Shown: positions 45,535-56,847, numbered from the stretch's first letter. The stretch: DNA of 64,000 nucleotides from a bacterium (GCA_963613135.1 CAVDXU010000003.1:65450-129449); one strand, 5' to 3'. The notes: a model not told the origin generated them from the letters alone. Numbers and translations are program-made.

Positions 45535-47277
45535 TCACCTCATCCCAAGCATCTCGCGTGCATGAGCGAGCGAGGCTTCGGTCTCGTCACCGGAAAGCAT
45601 GCGCGCGATCTCCGCAGGGCGATCTTCGCCATCAAGAAGCTTAAGGCAGGTTTCCGGCTTGCCATCAATGCCGGCGACCTTGCTCACCACGTAATGCGTC
45701 TGACCTCGGACGGCCACCTGCGCCAAATGCGTCACCACGATAACCTGATGCGTTTTCGCAAGATCCTCGAGAACGTCCGCCAACGCATTGGCCGCCGATC
45801 CTCCGACACCCGCATCAACTTCATCGAACACCAGCGTTTCCACTTGGTCGGCTTGACCGAGCACCACCTTCATTGCAAGCATCACGCGGCTGATCTCGCC
45901 GCCAGACGCAATGCGGGCAAGCGGCCGCGGCTGCATGCCCTCGCCCGAGCAGAAAAGGAACTCGATGGCAGATGGCCCTGTGGTCGTCCACGACGATCGA
46001 GGCAGCATCTCGGCGGAGCACAGCAATTTCGCGCCCGACATCTCCAGGCGAGCCATCTGCTCGCAAACAGCCTGCGCGAACCGCGGTGCCGCGGCAGCTC
46101 GAGCCTCATGAAGAGCATCGGCCGCTTCAGCCAAAGCCTCTTCCGCCTCATCGAGGCGCCGACGCGCCTCGCGCTCGCGGACATCCGCATCGTCCACCAA
46201 TGACACCAAGTCGGCCGCCTCGTCACGTGCCGCGAACACATCTTCCATACGAGGGCCGTACGTGCGCAGAAGACCTTGCAGAGCTGACATTCTTTCCTGG
46301 GAGGACTCAAGCTCATCAGGATCGAATTCGACCGTATCGCGGTAATCGCGTGCCGAGCGCGACACGTCTTCCATCACATAGCCGACTTCGCGCAGCGAGT
46401 CCGCAAGCGACGCCAGACCCTCATCGAAACGACCGCCTTCGGATAACGCCGATACCGCCTCGTTCAGCTTATCGATCGCCCCATCCTCTTCACCGAGCGC
46501 GCTATAGGCCCTCATGGCCGCAACGGCGAGGGCCTCGGCATGCTCAGAGCGCGCAAGCCTCGCTGAAAGCTCCTCGTATTCCCCTTCGCCGGGCGACACT
46601 TCCCCGATTCGCCTCAAAACGAATCGCGCATCGTCCAACTTCGCCGACGAGGCCGCCTGGGCCTCCTGCACGCGCTCCAGCTCACCTGCTGCGGCCTTCG
46701 CCTGCGAGAGCGCCCCCCGATACCGCGCGAGCGGAGCCGATATGGTATCGGCGGCCCATGCGTCAAGCATGTTGGCATGCGTTGCGCTTCGAAGCAGTTG
46801 TTGCTGATCATGCTGCCCGCACAGGTCGATCAAAGGAGCAATGCGTCCGGAAAGCTCGCGAACGCTGGCCATGCGCCCATCGATCTGCGCCCGCGATCTC
46901 CCGTCCACGCCGACGCGCCGCATGACGACCAGATCGTCTGCCGCGTCGGCCACATCGGCCGCCCCAGCCGCGTCGATCCCTTCGGCCGCCCCGTCAGCCC
47001 CAGCCACATCAACCGCGTCGACCTCGCACTCCTCGCCGCCCGCGGACACGGCTCCGCGAACCGCGCTCCCGTAAAAGCGCCCGGAAACCTCCAAGGCGCA
47101 CTCGCCTTCCCTCACATCCGCTTTATCGGCGCGCGCCCCCATCAACAGTTTCAAAGCGGACAGCAAGGCGGTCTTTCCGGCGCCCGTCTCGCCCGTCAAC
47201 ACGGTCAAACCCTCGGATGGCACGAGCGATGCTTGCCTGATAAGGGCCAGGTTTCTGACTTCTATCTCGTCGATCAT
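45535..47277 (-). CDS. recN: DNA repair protein RecN
   Basis: LTGETGAGKT, GQHDQQ, ASGGEISR, FDEVDAGVGG, THLAQVA. Confidence 0.96.
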   Translation of the reverse strand: MIDEIEVRNLALIRQASLVPSEGLTVLTGETGAGKTALLSALKLLMGARADKADVREGECALEVSGRFYGSAVRGAVSAGGEECEVDAVDVAGADGAAEGIDAAGAADVADAADDLVVMRRVGVDGRSRAQIDGRMASVRELSGRIAPLIDLCGQHDQQQLLRSATHANMLDAWAADTISAPLARYRGALSQAKAAAGELERVQEAQAASSAKLDDARFVLRRIGEVSPGEGEYEELSARLARSEHAEALAVAAMRAYSALGEEDGAIDKLNEAVSALSEGGRFDEGLASLADSLREVGYVMEDVSRSARDYRDTVEFDPDELESSQERMSALQGLLRTYGPRMEDVFAARDEAADLVSLVDDADVREREARRRLDEAEEALAEAADALHEARAAAAPRFAQAVCEQMARLEMSGAKLLCSAEMLPRSSWTTTGPSAIEFLFCSGEGMQPRPLARIASGGEISRVMLAMKVVLGQADQVETLVFDEVDAGVGGSAANALADVLEDLAKTHQVIVVTHLAQVAVRGQTHYVVSKVAGIDGKPETCLKLLDGEDRPAEIARMLSGDETEASLAHAREMLGMR

Positions 47278-47349
47278 CGAATCTCCTCCGCCGTCGAGGT
47301 TCTGCGCGCACGGCTTTTCCTCCCCACCCGAAATCGGGTGAGATTAGAC

Positions 47350-47377
47350 CGTACAATTGTTCTATTTCGGTAGTATA
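47350..47377 (-). promoter_or_regulatory. LexA (SOS) box next to recN -10 element
   Basis: Minus strand TATACT then AGAACAATTGTACG (GAAC-N4-GTAC, one mismatch to Gram-positive GAAC-N4-GTTC). Confidence 0.7.
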
Positions 47378-47734
47378 GCAGCTTTCCCTACATCATTTTC
47401 GAGAAGAAATCCGCCCGAGAAAAACCGAGCGCCCACCTTGCTGAAGCATGGCGAAAACATGGCGCGCCTGATCATGAGCCAACCGCGCTCTTCCACCTCT
47501 GCAGCGACCGCTCGATCGCCTCCACGATCCGCCCACAATCGCTTGAACAGCAGCCCTTGGCTGGCGCAAAAAAATCCGCTTCGCCTTCGAAGAAGAAAGC
47601 GGAGCGGATTGCGAAACCTTTATTCCTTGAAGCGTTTGCGCTCGAACGAGATTCCCCCCAAAAGGGAAAGCCGCACGCAAACGAGCGGAACGCCCAAGCG
47701 AAATCATCGCAGCGCCTCGCCGAGGCCGATAGGG

Positions 47735-48151
47735 CTACAGCGCCACCGTGCCCTCAAGCACGTCGGCAAGCGTTACGCCGTCCATGTACCGCTCCAGCGC
47801 ATTGCTCATGCCCCGCCAAAATGCGGAAGCTTCGCAATCGCCGAAACGATCGCAGGCACTTTCGTCATCAAGGCACGAGACCAGCCGACAACTGCCCTCG
47901 GTCGCACGAAGCACATCGCCCATGATGATCTCGTTCGGCGGATACGCCAGATAATAGCCGCCGTTGACGCCGCGAACGCTCTTCAGCACCCCAGCGCGCA
48001 CCAGCGCTCCCCCCAGTTGCTCGAGATACTTTACGGATAGCCCCTGTCGCTCAGCTGCCTGACGCATCGTGACCAAAGTGCCCGCTTCGCCCTGTTTTGC
48101 AATGTCGATCATCAGGCGGAGCGCGTAACGCCCCCTCGTCGATACCATCAT
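47735..48151 (-). CDS. Rrf2 family transcriptional regulator
   Basis: STRGRYALRLM, SVKYLEQL, SVRGVNGGY.L, C-x6-C-x5-C cluster. Confidence 0.93.
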   Translation of the reverse strand: MMVSTRGRYALRLMIDIAKQGEAGTLVTMRQAAERQGLSVKYLEQLGGALVRAGVLKSVRGVNGGYYLAYPPNEIIMGDVLRATEGSCRLVSCLDDESACDRFGDCEASAFWRGMSNALERYMDGVTLADVLEGTVAL

Positions 48152-48449
48152 CTGAGTGCTCCGTCCTATCGCGTCGGCGGTTGCCGAAATTCCCCCGACC
48201 CCTCATCAACAATGCACGAGCCCTCTTCGATGCGCGGTTTCCGAATGGCAGCTGCATTATTTAAGAAATTTGCTAATCGATTATAGAACCATCAATCTAA
48301 TTCAACAACGTAACAATACGGGAACATTAAAATACGACAGAACTACCTATATATACGGATCAATCGTAGGGATTAACCCTGCCTTTGGAAAGCTCACGAG
48401 GAAAAGGACCCGAGCGCAACGCGACGCATCCATTTGCTACCATGGACTT

Positions 48450-49403
48450 ATGGATACGAAACGCAATCATCCCCGCAACGGACGGCCCCGTGCGAACGGC
48501 ACGCCCCGCAAGCGCTCGCATGCAAGCACGCGAAGAACTTCTCCAGGCAATGCTTGGGCAGGCCATTCGAAAGCGCAGGCACGCAAAAGCCCCCTGCCCG
48601 CCATCATCGCCCTCATCGCGCTCGTGCTGCTGGGCGTTGCTGCCGCGAACATAACATCATCCCTGCTCAACCAGCCGGTTCAAACCTCTACGACGAAAAC
48701 CTCGTCCAAAGCGCCTTATGTCAGCCCGTACGATTTCTCGGGCCTTGTGTTCGATGCCGCCGGGCGGCCCACCTATTCGGAAGGAGGCGTGCTGAAGTCG
48801 CAGCTCGGCGTCGACGTCTCCGAATACCAGGGCGAAATCGACTGGGATGCCGTGGCCGAAGACGGCATTTCCTTCGCCATGGTGCGCCTGGGCAGCCGCG
48901 GATATACCGAAGGGGCACTCAGAACCGATTCGCTCTACGAATACAACCTTGATGGCGCCGCAGCCGCGGGTCTTCAGGTTGGGGCCTACTACTATTCCCA
49001 AGCGACAAGCGTTGCGGAAGCTGTTGAGGAAGCCGACCTGGTGATCGAGCTGCTCAATGGGCGTGCGCTCGATCTGCCCGTCGCCTTCGACCACGAGCAG
49101 AATCCCGACCCCATATCACGCGGCAATACCGTCGACTCGGAAACGCTAACCCAGGCAGCGCTCGCGTTCTGCCAGCGCATTGAATCAGCCGGCTACAAAA
49201 CCATGATCTACGGGAATGCAAGCGACATCAGCCGCTTCAACCTCGACGAGTTGGGCGGGCGTCTGGTTTGGTATGCCGAATACGGATCAGCTCAGCCGAA
49301 CGGTCAGTTCGACTTCTGTCTCTGGCAGTACGACAGCGAAGGCGTCGTTGCCGGGATAGACGCTGCTGTCGACATGAATCTGCGCTTCACCGGCGCACTG
49401 TAA
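48450..49403 (+). CDS. Membrane-anchored glycoside hydrolase family 25 (muramidase)
   Basis: GVDVSEYQGEIDW, GAYYYSQA, PVAFDHE, WQY..G.V.GI...VDMN; N-terminal TM. Confidence 0.92.
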   Translation: MDTKRNHPRNGRPRANGTPRKRSHASTRRTSPGNAWAGHSKAQARKSPLPAIIALIALVLLGVAAANITSSLLNQPVQTSTTKTSSKAPYVSPYDFSGLVFDAAGRPTYSEGGVLKSQLGVDVSEYQGEIDWDAVAEDGISFAMVRLGSRGYTEGALRTDSLYEYNLDGAAAAGLQVGAYYYSQATSVAEAVEEADLVIELLNGRALDLPVAFDHEQNPDPISRGNTVDSETLTQAALAFCQRIESAGYKTMIYGNASDISRFNLDELGGRLVWYAEYGSAQPNGQFDFCLWQYDSEGVVAGIDAAVDMNLRFTGAL

Positions 49404-49544
49404 GCGCATAGGGCGCAAGCACCGTGCCCGACGAACTCGGCAAGCTCGATCCATAACATGAGACGTCGCCCATTCGATACCCGGCGGCTTGCCTTGAACC
49501 CAGCTCCAAGTGCTACGATATCGCGCGAATCGATAGGAGCAACC

Positions 49545-50384
49545 GTGCAATCTCAATCCATCCCCACCCATCCCGTGCTTAGGGACGACCTAGCCGCGAA
49601 ATACGCCGCTCTACAGGAAAACATCCGCTCGCTTGGACGCGTTGCCATCGCGTTTTCCGGCGGCGTGGACTCAACGCTGCTTTTGAAGGTGGCAACGGAC
49701 ACCTTGGGACGCGATGCCCTCGGCATCACGGCGAACGCCCAGATGATACCTGCGCGCGAGCTTTCGGAGGCCACTGCCTTCTGCAAGGAGCACGCGATCG
49801 GGCATGTAGTCATGGATATCGACGCGCTCGCCATCGAAGGCTTTGCCGCAAATCCGCCCGAGCGCTGCTACATCTGCAAGACGGCGCTGTTCACCGCAAT
49901 CATGGAAAAGGCTGCCGAGCTGGGCTTCGCCTACGTTGCCGAAGGCACGAACGTAAGCGATCTGGGAGACTTCCGACCGGGCTTGAAAGCCCTTAAAGAG
50001 CTTACGGTCAAAAGCCCGCTGTTGGAAAGCGGCCTGACGAAGGCCGACGTGCGCGAGCTTTCACGCGCACTGGGGCTGCCCACCTGGGACAAACCGTCCT
50101 ATGCGTGCCTTGCCAGCCGCATCCCCTGCAACAGCCCCATCACGGCCGAAAATCTCTCAGCGGTGGAAGTAGCGGAAGATGCGCTGATCGAAGCGGGCTT
50201 TGACCAGGTGCGTTGTCGCGCCCACGGCGATCTCGCGCGTATCGAAGTAGCTCCTGAGCTGCGCGAGGCCCTTATGCACGCACTCGTCGAGGACGACCTG
50301 GCGAGGCGCATCCATAACGCCGGGTTCGCCTTCGTGACGGTGGACGCCGACGGCTACCGCACCGGCAGCATGAACGGCCGCTAG
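49545..50384 (+). CDS. larE: LarE family ATP-dependent sulfur transferase
   Basis: AFSGGVDS PP-loop, RCYICK, DLGDFRPG, KPSYACLASRIP, GYRTGSMN; GTG start with AGGAG. Confidence 0.9.
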   Translation: MQSQSIPTHPVLRDDLAAKYAALQENIRSLGRVAIAFSGGVDSTLLLKVATDTLGRDALGITANAQMIPARELSEATAFCKEHAIGHVVMDIDALAIEGFAANPPERCYICKTALFTAIMEKAAELGFAYVAEGTNVSDLGDFRPGLKALKELTVKSPLLESGLTKADVRELSRALGLPTWDKPSYACLASRIPCNSPITAENLSAVEVAEDALIEAGFDQVRCRAHGDLARIEVAPELREALMHALVEDDLARRIHNAGFAFVTVDADGYRTGSMNGR

Positions 50385-50482
50385 CTGCGATCCGCTGCGA
50401 ACGACAAGGTTTGACGTCGCACCGATCCGCAAGGCTCGGCGCGACTCGTCCTTGCCTGCGTCGAACGAGGACGGATTTCCCC

Positions 50483-52636
50483 CTAGCTGCGCCGCGACCC
50501 GCCGTAGGCCGCGTTCTTCCTATTCCCGAAGGCGCTGCCCTTGCGCGCGGTCTTCTTCAAGTCCTTCAGCACGTCGGCCTCGCTTTCGCCCTCGACCGCC
50601 GAGCGCAGGCGCACCACCTCGTCACGCAGGCGTGCGGCCTCCTCGAAGTCCATATTGCGGCTCGCCTCGGCCATGTCGTCCTCCATGTTGGAGATCACGC
50701 GCAACACCTCTTCGCGCGAAAGCTCGGCCAACTGGCGATTCACGTCCTCGGAAGACACGTCGCCCATCTCATCGTGCACGTAGCTCATGATGTCCACGAC
50801 AGCTTTCGAAATGGTCTTCGGCGTGATGCCATGCTCTTCGTTATAGGCCATCTGAATCTCACGGCGCCGCCGCGTCTCGGTGATGGCGATGTCCATGGAG
50901 TCGGTTGTTTTGTCGGCATACATGATGACCTGGCCGTTCGCGTTTCGCGCGGCACGCCCGATGGTCTGGATAAGGCTTCGCTGGTTGCGCAGGAACCCTT
51001 CTTTGTCGGCATCGAGGATGGCGACAAGCGTTACCTCGGGCAGGTCAAGACCCTCCCGCAGCAAGTTGATGCCCACCAGCACGTCGAACTTCCCCAAACG
51101 CAAATCGCGCAGGATGTCCACGCGCTCAAGCGTACCGATGTCGCTATGCATGTAGCGCGCACGAACGCCCCGATCGAGCAGATGATCGGTCAAATCTTCG
51201 GCCATCTTCTTCGTCAGCGTGGTGATGAGCACGCGCTCGCTTCTCTCGGCGCGTTCCTTCGCCTCGTCAATGATGTCGTCGATCTGACTCGCCGAGGTGC
51301 GCACGATGATTTCGGGATCCAAAAGACCGGTCGGGCGGATGATCTGCTCAACCTGCTGCTGGCTTACCTTGAGTTCGTAATCACCGGGCGTGGCAGAGAC
51401 GTAGATGAACTGCGGGATGCGCTCCTCGAACTCGTCGAAGCGTAGCGGTCGGTTGTCCAAGCAGCTCGGTAGGCGAAACCCGTGCTCGGCCAGGGTGATT
51501 TTGCGGCTGCGGTCGCCCTCGTGCATGCCGCGGATCTGCGGCACCGTCACATGGCTCTCGTCGATGATGCAAAGGAAATCATCCGGGAAATAGTCGATGA
51601 GCGTATAAGGCGGCTCGCCCGGCTCGCGCCCGTCCAAGTGCCGCGAGTAATTCTCAATGCCGCTGCAAAATCCCATGGTTTCGAGCATTTCAAGGTCGTA
51701 GTTGACGCGCATCTCCAAACGCTGCGCCTCGAGCAGCTTGCCCTCCTCCTTGAACTGCTGAAGGCGTTCGCGCAACTCATCCTGAATGGTTTGAATGGCG
51801 CGCTCCATCTTCGGGCGCGCGGTGACGTAATGCGACGCCGGCCACACCGGCAGCGCCTCGTAACTTTGCAGCACCTCGCCGGTCACGTTGTCGATCTCGG
51901 CGATCTCCTCGATCTCGTCGCCCCAGAACTCCACGCGGATGGGATTGTCGGCATAGGGCGGGAAAATGTCCAGGTTATCGCCGCGCACGCGGAACGTTCC
52001 GCGCTTCAGCTCGTAATCGTTCCGATCGTACTGGATGTCTATCAAGTCGTGAATGACCTGGTCACGGTCCTGCTCGACCTGTTTGTCCAGAAACACCGCC
52101 ATACCCGCGTAATCCATCGGGCTGCCGATGCCGTAGATGCAGCTCACCGACGCCACCACGATAACGTCGCGCCGGGAAAGCAGCGCGCTGGTGGCCGCAT
52201 GACGCAGCTTCTCAACCTCTTCGTTGATGGATGCATCTTTCTCAATGAACGTGTCCGAGCTGGGGACATAGGCCTCGGGCTGGTAATAGTCGTAGTAGCT
52301 GACGAAGTACACGACGGCGTTGTCGGGGAAGAACTCCTTGAGCTCGCTGGCAAGCTGGGCGGCGAGCGTCTTGTTCGGGGCCATCACCAGCGTGGGCTTC
52401 TGCACCGCCTCGATGGTTTTCGCCATGGTGAACGTCTTGCCCGAACCGGTGACGCCAAGAAGCGTTTGGTAACGCATGCCCGCGCGAATTCCCTGCGCGA
52501 GCTTTTCAATGGCCTTGGGCTGGTCACCCGACGGCTCGTAGGGGCTCACCACGCGCAAAGGCGTGTTGGCAAGCCGCACCTCCGGCAGCTTGCCAACCAT
52601 TTCCATACCCTCGATGTTCTTGAGATGCGAACTCAC
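50483..52636 (-). CDS. uvrB: Excinuclease ABC subunit B
   Basis: [34 protein letters not shown]-terminal UVR domain; GTG start with GGAGG. Confidence 0.97.
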   Translation of the reverse strand: MSSHLKNIEGMEMVGKLPEVRLANTPLRVVSPYEPSGDQPKAIEKLAQGIRAGMRYQTLLGVTGSGKTFTMAKTIEAVQKPTLVMAPNKTLAAQLASELKEFFPDNAVVYFVSYYDYYQPEAYVPSSDTFIEKDASINEEVEKLRHAATSALLSRRDVIVVASVSCIYGIGSPMDYAGMAVFLDKQVEQDRDQVIHDLIDIQYDRNDYELKRGTFRVRGDNLDIFPPYADNPIRVEFWGDEIEEIAEIDNVTGEVLQSYEALPVWPASHYVTARPKMERAIQTIQDELRERLQQFKEEGKLLEAQRLEMRVNYDLEMLETMGFCSGIENYSRHLDGREPGEPPYTLIDYFPDDFLCIIDESHVTVPQIRGMHEGDRSRKITLAEHGFRLPSCLDNRPLRFDEFEERIPQFIYVSATPGDYELKVSQQQVEQIIRPTGLLDPEIIVRTSASQIDDIIDEAKERAERSERVLITTLTKKMAEDLTDHLLDRGVRARYMHSDIGTLERVDILRDLRLGKFDVLVGINLLREGLDLPEVTLVAILDADKEGFLRNQRSLIQTIGRAARNANGQVIMYADKTTDSMDIAITETRRRREIQMAYNEEHGITPKTISKAVVDIMSYVHDEMGDVSSEDVNRQLAELSREEVLRVISNMEDDMAEASRNMDFEEAARLRDEVVRLRSAVEGESEADVLKDLKKTARKGSAFGNRKNAAYGGSRRS

Positions 52637-52706
52637 CTGCAAGCCTCCCCGAATTATAGCTCTCCCTGTGCACAGCCCCTGCGCTCGGCCTCGCCGTGCC
52701 CGGGGA

Positions 52707-52720
52707 CGAACAGCCCTTCG
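52707..52720. promoter_or_regulatory. Possible LexA box upstream of uvrB
   Basis: CGAACAGCCCTTCG (GAAC-N4-CTTC); -10 TATAAT at 52653-52658. Confidence 0.45.
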
Positions 52721-52763
52721 GGCCGTATGCCATTCTTGAGATGCGAGCTCGTCTGCTGTTCGC

Positions 52764-53369
52764 TTACAGCGTTTTCTCGTACTCTTTCCACCAAGCGACG
52801 ACCTGCTCGGCCAAATCTTCCTGCGTGCCGTCGTTATTGAACACCACATCCGCCTGATCGATGCGATCGGCGTCGCTGATCTGGCGTGCGATGCGCCGAC
52901 GCACGTCATCCTCGTCCCAGCCGCCGGCGACGGCGCGTTTGATGCGGTCCTCCAACGGCGCAAGCACGGCGAGCACCACGTCGGCGCCGTTCGCCATGGA
53001 CGTCTGACGATTCTTGAACACCGAATACTCGACCACGACGGCCTTGTGGCCCTCGCGAGCAAGCTCGTCAAGCTGATCGGTCAGCGATTCCTCGATGCGC
53101 GGCATGCTGATACGGTTGAGCTTGCGCGTTTCTGCAGGGGTGGCGAACGCCTTTGCGGCAACCTTGCTGCGCACAACGCGCCCGTCCGCACCGAGGATGT
53201 CGGCGCCGAACGCCTCGACCAGATCTTCCTTCACCGTGTCCCACTCAAGCACGTCATGGCCGACTTTATCTAGATCGATGAAAGGAACACCCTGATCAGC
53301 AAGTACTTTTCGAGCTGTCGATTTACCGGCGCCCATGCCGCCGATAACGAAGATCTTCTTCATGGTCAT
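52764..53369 (-). CDS. coaE: Dephospho-CoA kinase
   Basis: [28 protein letters not shown]; rpsA-coaE-uvrB synteny. Confidence 0.92.
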   Translation of the reverse strand: MTMKKIFVIGGMGAGKSTARKVLADQGVPFIDLDKVGHDVLEWDTVKEDLVEAFGADILGADGRVVRSKVAAKAFATPAETRKLNRISMPRIEESLTDQLDELAREGHKAVVVEYSVFKNRQTSMANGADVVLAVLAPLEDRIKRAVAGGWDEDDVRRRIARQISDADRIDQADVVFNNDGTQEDLAEQVVAWWKEYEKTL

Positions 53370-53465
53370 GCCTGCCTCCTTTTACATGAACTGATGCTTA
53401 CATGATACACGTGCTCTTCTTCCTCGACGCCGACGCGTTTGACGAAGTGCCCATGTTCGACAACG

Positions 53466-53494
53466 AAAAACGCCCCCGGGTTTCCCCAGGGGCG
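53466..53494 (-). terminator. Intrinsic terminator after rpsA
   Basis: GC-rich stem CGCCCC..GGGGCG followed by TTTTT on minus strand. Confidence 0.75.
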
Positions 53495-53527
53495 CTCCTC
53501 ATGCAAGATCAGCTGCGTGCAGAGAGG

Positions 53528-54745
53528 TTATTCGGCCTTCTGCTCGGAAGCCTCGGCCTTGGCAGGCTTGTCAGACTTCTTCTCGCGCTTCTTGGCGGGC
53601 TTTTCCTCAGCCTGGATGGACTCGTCCACGGCGATCTCGATGCCCAACTCGGCGGCAGCAGCCTTCATGGACAGGCTGATGCGACGACGATCGGGGTTGA
53701 TCTCCATGACCTTGACCTTGACGGCGTCGCCAGCCTTGACGACCTGCGCCGGGGTGTCGATGTGGCGCATAGCCATCTCGGAGATGTGCACCAGACCCTC
53801 GATGGACTGGCCCAGCTCGACGAACGCGCCGAACGGAACGGTCTTGGTGACCTTGCCATCGACGATGGAGCCGACCGGGTAGGACTCGACGAGCTTGATC
53901 CACGGATCCTCGGTGGTCTGCTTCAGGCCGAGCGAGATGCGCTCACGCTGCAGATCGACGTCGAGAACCTCGACCTCGACCTCGTCGCCGACCTTGACGA
54001 CCTCGGAGGGATGGTTGACATGGTTCCAGGACAGCTCGGAGATGTGCACCAGACCGTCGATGCCGCCCAGGTCCACGAAGGCACCGAAGTCGACGATGGA
54101 GGAAACCGTGCCCTTGAGGCGCATGCCCTTGGACAGCTTGGAGAGGATCTCGGCGCGCTCGTTCTTGCGGCCTTCCTCGAGCAGCACGCGGCGGGAAAGC
54201 ACGACGTTGTTGCGGTTGCGATCCATCTCGATGACGCGAGCTTCGATCTCGGTGTGCAGGTACATGTCCAGATCCTTGACGCGACGAAGGTCGACCAAGG
54301 AAGCGGGCAGGAAGCCGCGCAGGCCGATGTCGAGGATAAGACCGCCCTTGACGACCTCGATAACCTCGCCAGTGACGTTCTCGCCGGCCTTGAACTTCTC
54401 TTCGACGCTGATCCAGGCGCGCTCGTACTCGGCACGCTTCTTGGACAGGATCAGGCGGCCGTCCTTGTCTTCCTTCTGGAGAACGAGAGCCTCGATGGCG
54501 TCGCCCAGGCTGACCAGGTCGGACGGATCGGCATCCTTGCGGATGGACAGCTCGCGGACGGGCACGACGCCCTCGGACTTGAACCCGATGTCAACGAGCA
54601 CCTCGTCATGCTCGATTTTGACGATCGTGCCGTTGACCAGGTCGCCCTCGTCGAACTCGGTCAGCGTGCCGTCGATCATCTGGTTCATCTGCTCGTCGGA
54701 GATGTCCTCGAAGTCGATGACGGACGTGTTCTTGATGTCGGTCAA
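53528..54745 (-). CDS. rpsA: 30S ribosomal protein S1
   Basis: Four S1 domains ([43 protein letters not shown]); TTG start. Confidence 0.96.
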   Translation of the reverse strand: MTDIKNTSVIDFEDISDEQMNQMIDGTLTEFDEGDLVNGTIVKIEHDEVLVDIGFKSEGVVPVRELSIRKDADPSDLVSLGDAIEALVLQKEDKDGRLILSKKRAEYERAWISVEEKFKAGENVTGEVIEVVKGGLILDIGLRGFLPASLVDLRRVKDLDMYLHTEIEARVIEMDRNRNNVVLSRRVLLEEGRKNERAEILSKLSKGMRLKGTVSSIVDFGAFVDLGGIDGLVHISELSWNHVNHPSEVVKVGDEVEVEVLDVDLQRERISLGLKQTTEDPWIKLVESYPVGSIVDGKVTKTVPFGAFVELGQSIEGLVHISEMAMRHIDTPAQVVKAGDAVKVKVMEINPDRRRISLSMKAAAAELGIEIAVDESIQAEEKPAKKREKKSDKPAKAEASEQKAE

Positions 54746-55156
54746 AACGGACCCCTTTCAAAAATGTTCGGGGACCCTTCGTCATGAATGATTGCTACAT
54801 AAACCATGTTCACTTGCAAGGGCGAATGCCCTTATTAGCAGTGCAACAAACATGTCTCGGGGGCCTACAGTACGTCTGCTTGCGGCCTATTCCACAAGCT
54901 TTGTGATTGTACCATGCTCGCGCGCCGCCCCGCCGACGTTTTACTCCTGCACGATTTCTTCGCGCTTTCGGGTTTACTTTTTTGGACGCGGAAAAGCACC
55001 TGCGCCTCTTTTGCATAAATGCGCGCAGATGATCCGAGACGCCATGACCCGAGCCCCCCAGACGTGCGACCCTGCCCGTCCTTTTACGCAAGAAAGATGC
55101 CCGCTCCCCCGATCGGGAAAGCGGGCATCTCGCATAAATTTGGTTATGCCGCTGCG

Positions 55157-55495
55157 CTAGATCGCGGATTCCCCGCGCTCGTCGGTACGGATGCGCACAA
55201 CCTCGTCAACCGGGAAGACGAAGATCTTGCCATCACCGACGTTGCCGGTGCGGGCCGTGGTGCAGATGACGTCGATCAAAGCGTCGACCTGCTCGTCGTC
55301 GGCGATGATCTCGAACTTCACCTTCGGCACCATGTTCAGCAGCACCTCGGTGCCGCGGTAGTATTCCTTCCAGCCATGCTGGGAGCCGCAGCCTTGCACC
55401 TGCGAGATGGTCATGCCGGAAACCTTGGCGGCGAACAGGGCGTCTTTGAGCGGTTCGAGCTTTTCGGGACGCACGATCGCGGTAATCTTCTTCAT
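55157..55495 (-). CDS. glnK: P-II family nitrogen regulator
   Basis: MKKI.AIVRPEKL, YRG, ARTG.VGDGKIFV, RIRT.E.G; follows amtB. Confidence 0.93.
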   Translation of the reverse strand: MKKITAIVRPEKLEPLKDALFAAKVSGMTISQVQGCGSQHGWKEYYRGTEVLLNMVPKVKFEIIADDEQVDALIDVICTTARTGNVGDGKIFVFPVDEVVRIRTDERGESAI

Positions 55496-55527
55496 TGCTT
55501 CGCTCCTTTCAAGCTATCCGTAGAGGG

Positions 55528-56847
55528 TTAGTCCAGGCCGATGTAGGCAGGGTAAGCCGACTCGCCGTGTTCCGCAACGTCGAGGCCGCGGGCTTCGGCT
55601 TCCTCGCTGACGCGCAGGCTGCCTTTGAAGACGGCCTTGATGATGAAGCCGAGGATGAGGTCGGCGATGCCGACGAAGGCGATCGTGATGACGATGCCGA
55701 GCACCTGGCTGATAAGCAGGCTCGCGTCGCCGGTGTAGAACAGACCGCCGAAGTCGGTCCAGGACAGCTCGGGCACGCAGAACAGGCCGGTCAAGATGCC
55801 GCCGGTGATGCCGCCGACTGCATGGCAGCCGAAGGCGTCAAGCGCGTCGTCGTAGCCGATCTTGGCCTTGAGGAACGAGATGGCGAAGTAGCACACCGGG
55901 GAAACGATGAAGCCCATGACGACGGCAGCCCAGGGCTCGACGAAGCCGGCAGCCGGGGTGATGACGACCAGGCCAGCGACCAGGCCCGTTGCAGCGCCGA
56001 CGAGCGTGGGGGTGCCCACCTTGACGCGCTCGACGACCATCCAGGAAACCAGCGCGGCGCCGGAAGCGACCACGGTGTTGAGCAGAGCCAGGCCGGCAAT
56101 GCCATCAGCAGCGAAGGCGGAGCCGCCGTTGAAGCCGAACCAGCCGAACCACAGAAGCGCTGCGCCCAGAGCCACGAAGGGCACGTTATGCGGGCGGTAG
56201 CTCATCATGCCGAAGCCCTTGCGCTTGCCCAGGAGCAGGCACAGGATCAAGCCGGTCAAGCCGGAGGAGATGTGCACAACGTCGCCGCCGGCGAAGTCGA
56301 GGGCGCCGATCATATCGCCGATCAGGCTGCCGTCGCCGCCCCAAACCATATGAGCCAGCGGAGCGTAGACGAGGGCGACCCAGATGGTCACGAACGCGCA
56401 GATCGCGCCGAACTTCATGCGGCCCGCAACCGAACCGGTGATGATGGCGGTGGTGATCATGGCGAACGCCAGCTGGAACGTGATGTCGATGATGGCCGGA
56501 TAGCCGGATTCGGCGTCGGAGGCCAAGGTGGCCGCACCAGAAAGCACCGCGAAGGCGTTCGGGGTGTCCTCTGCCTCAGCCAACATGCTCTGCACCGTTT
56601 CCGTCAGGCAGATTTGATCGAAGCCGCCGAAGAACGGGATGGACCCATCTCCGCCGTAGCTGAACGACCAGCCACATACCACCCATACAACTGCGACGAT
56701 GCCCATGACCGCGAACGACATGATCATGGTGTTGACCACGTTCTTGCGGCGCGACAGACCTCCGTAGAAGAACGCCAGGCCGGGCGTCATAAGCAGAACC
56801 AGCATCGCGCTCACCAACATGAACGCGGTTGTTCCTGTGTCAAGCAT
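55528..56847 (-). CDS. amtB: Ammonium transporter
   Basis: MTPGLAFFYGG, DFAGG.VVH, LWFGWFGFNGGS, DDALDAFG.H. Confidence 0.97.
   Translation of the reverse strand: MLDTGTTAFMLVSAMLVLLMTPGLAFFYGGLSRRKNVVNTMIMSFAVMGIVAVVWVVCGWSFSYGGDGSIPFFGGFDQICLTETVQSMLAEAEDTPNAFAVLSGAATLASDAESGYPAIIDITFQLAFAMITTAIITGSVAGRMKFGAICAFVTIWVALVYAPLAHMVWGGDGSLIGDMIGALDFAGGDVVHISSGLTGLILCLLLGKRKGFGMMSYRPHNVPFVALGAALLWFGWFGFNGGSAFAADGIAGLALLNTVVASGAALVSWMVVERVKVGTPTLVGAATGLVAGLVVITPAAGFVEPWAAVVMGFIVSPVCYFAISFLKAKIGYDDALDAFGCHAVGGITGGILTGLFCVPELSWTDFGGLFYTGDASLLISQVLGIVITIAFVGIADLILGFIIKAVFKGSLRVSEEAEARGLDVAEHGESAYPAYIGLD

Noticed and set aside
48450..49403. Phage endolysin / prophage remnant
   Set aside because: Has an N-terminal membrane anchor; no holin or phage genes nearby
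50483..53071. 862-aa extended UvrB
   Set aside because: The extension overlaps coaE; a GTG with GGAGG SD and a TATAAT at 52653-52658 give a normal-length protein
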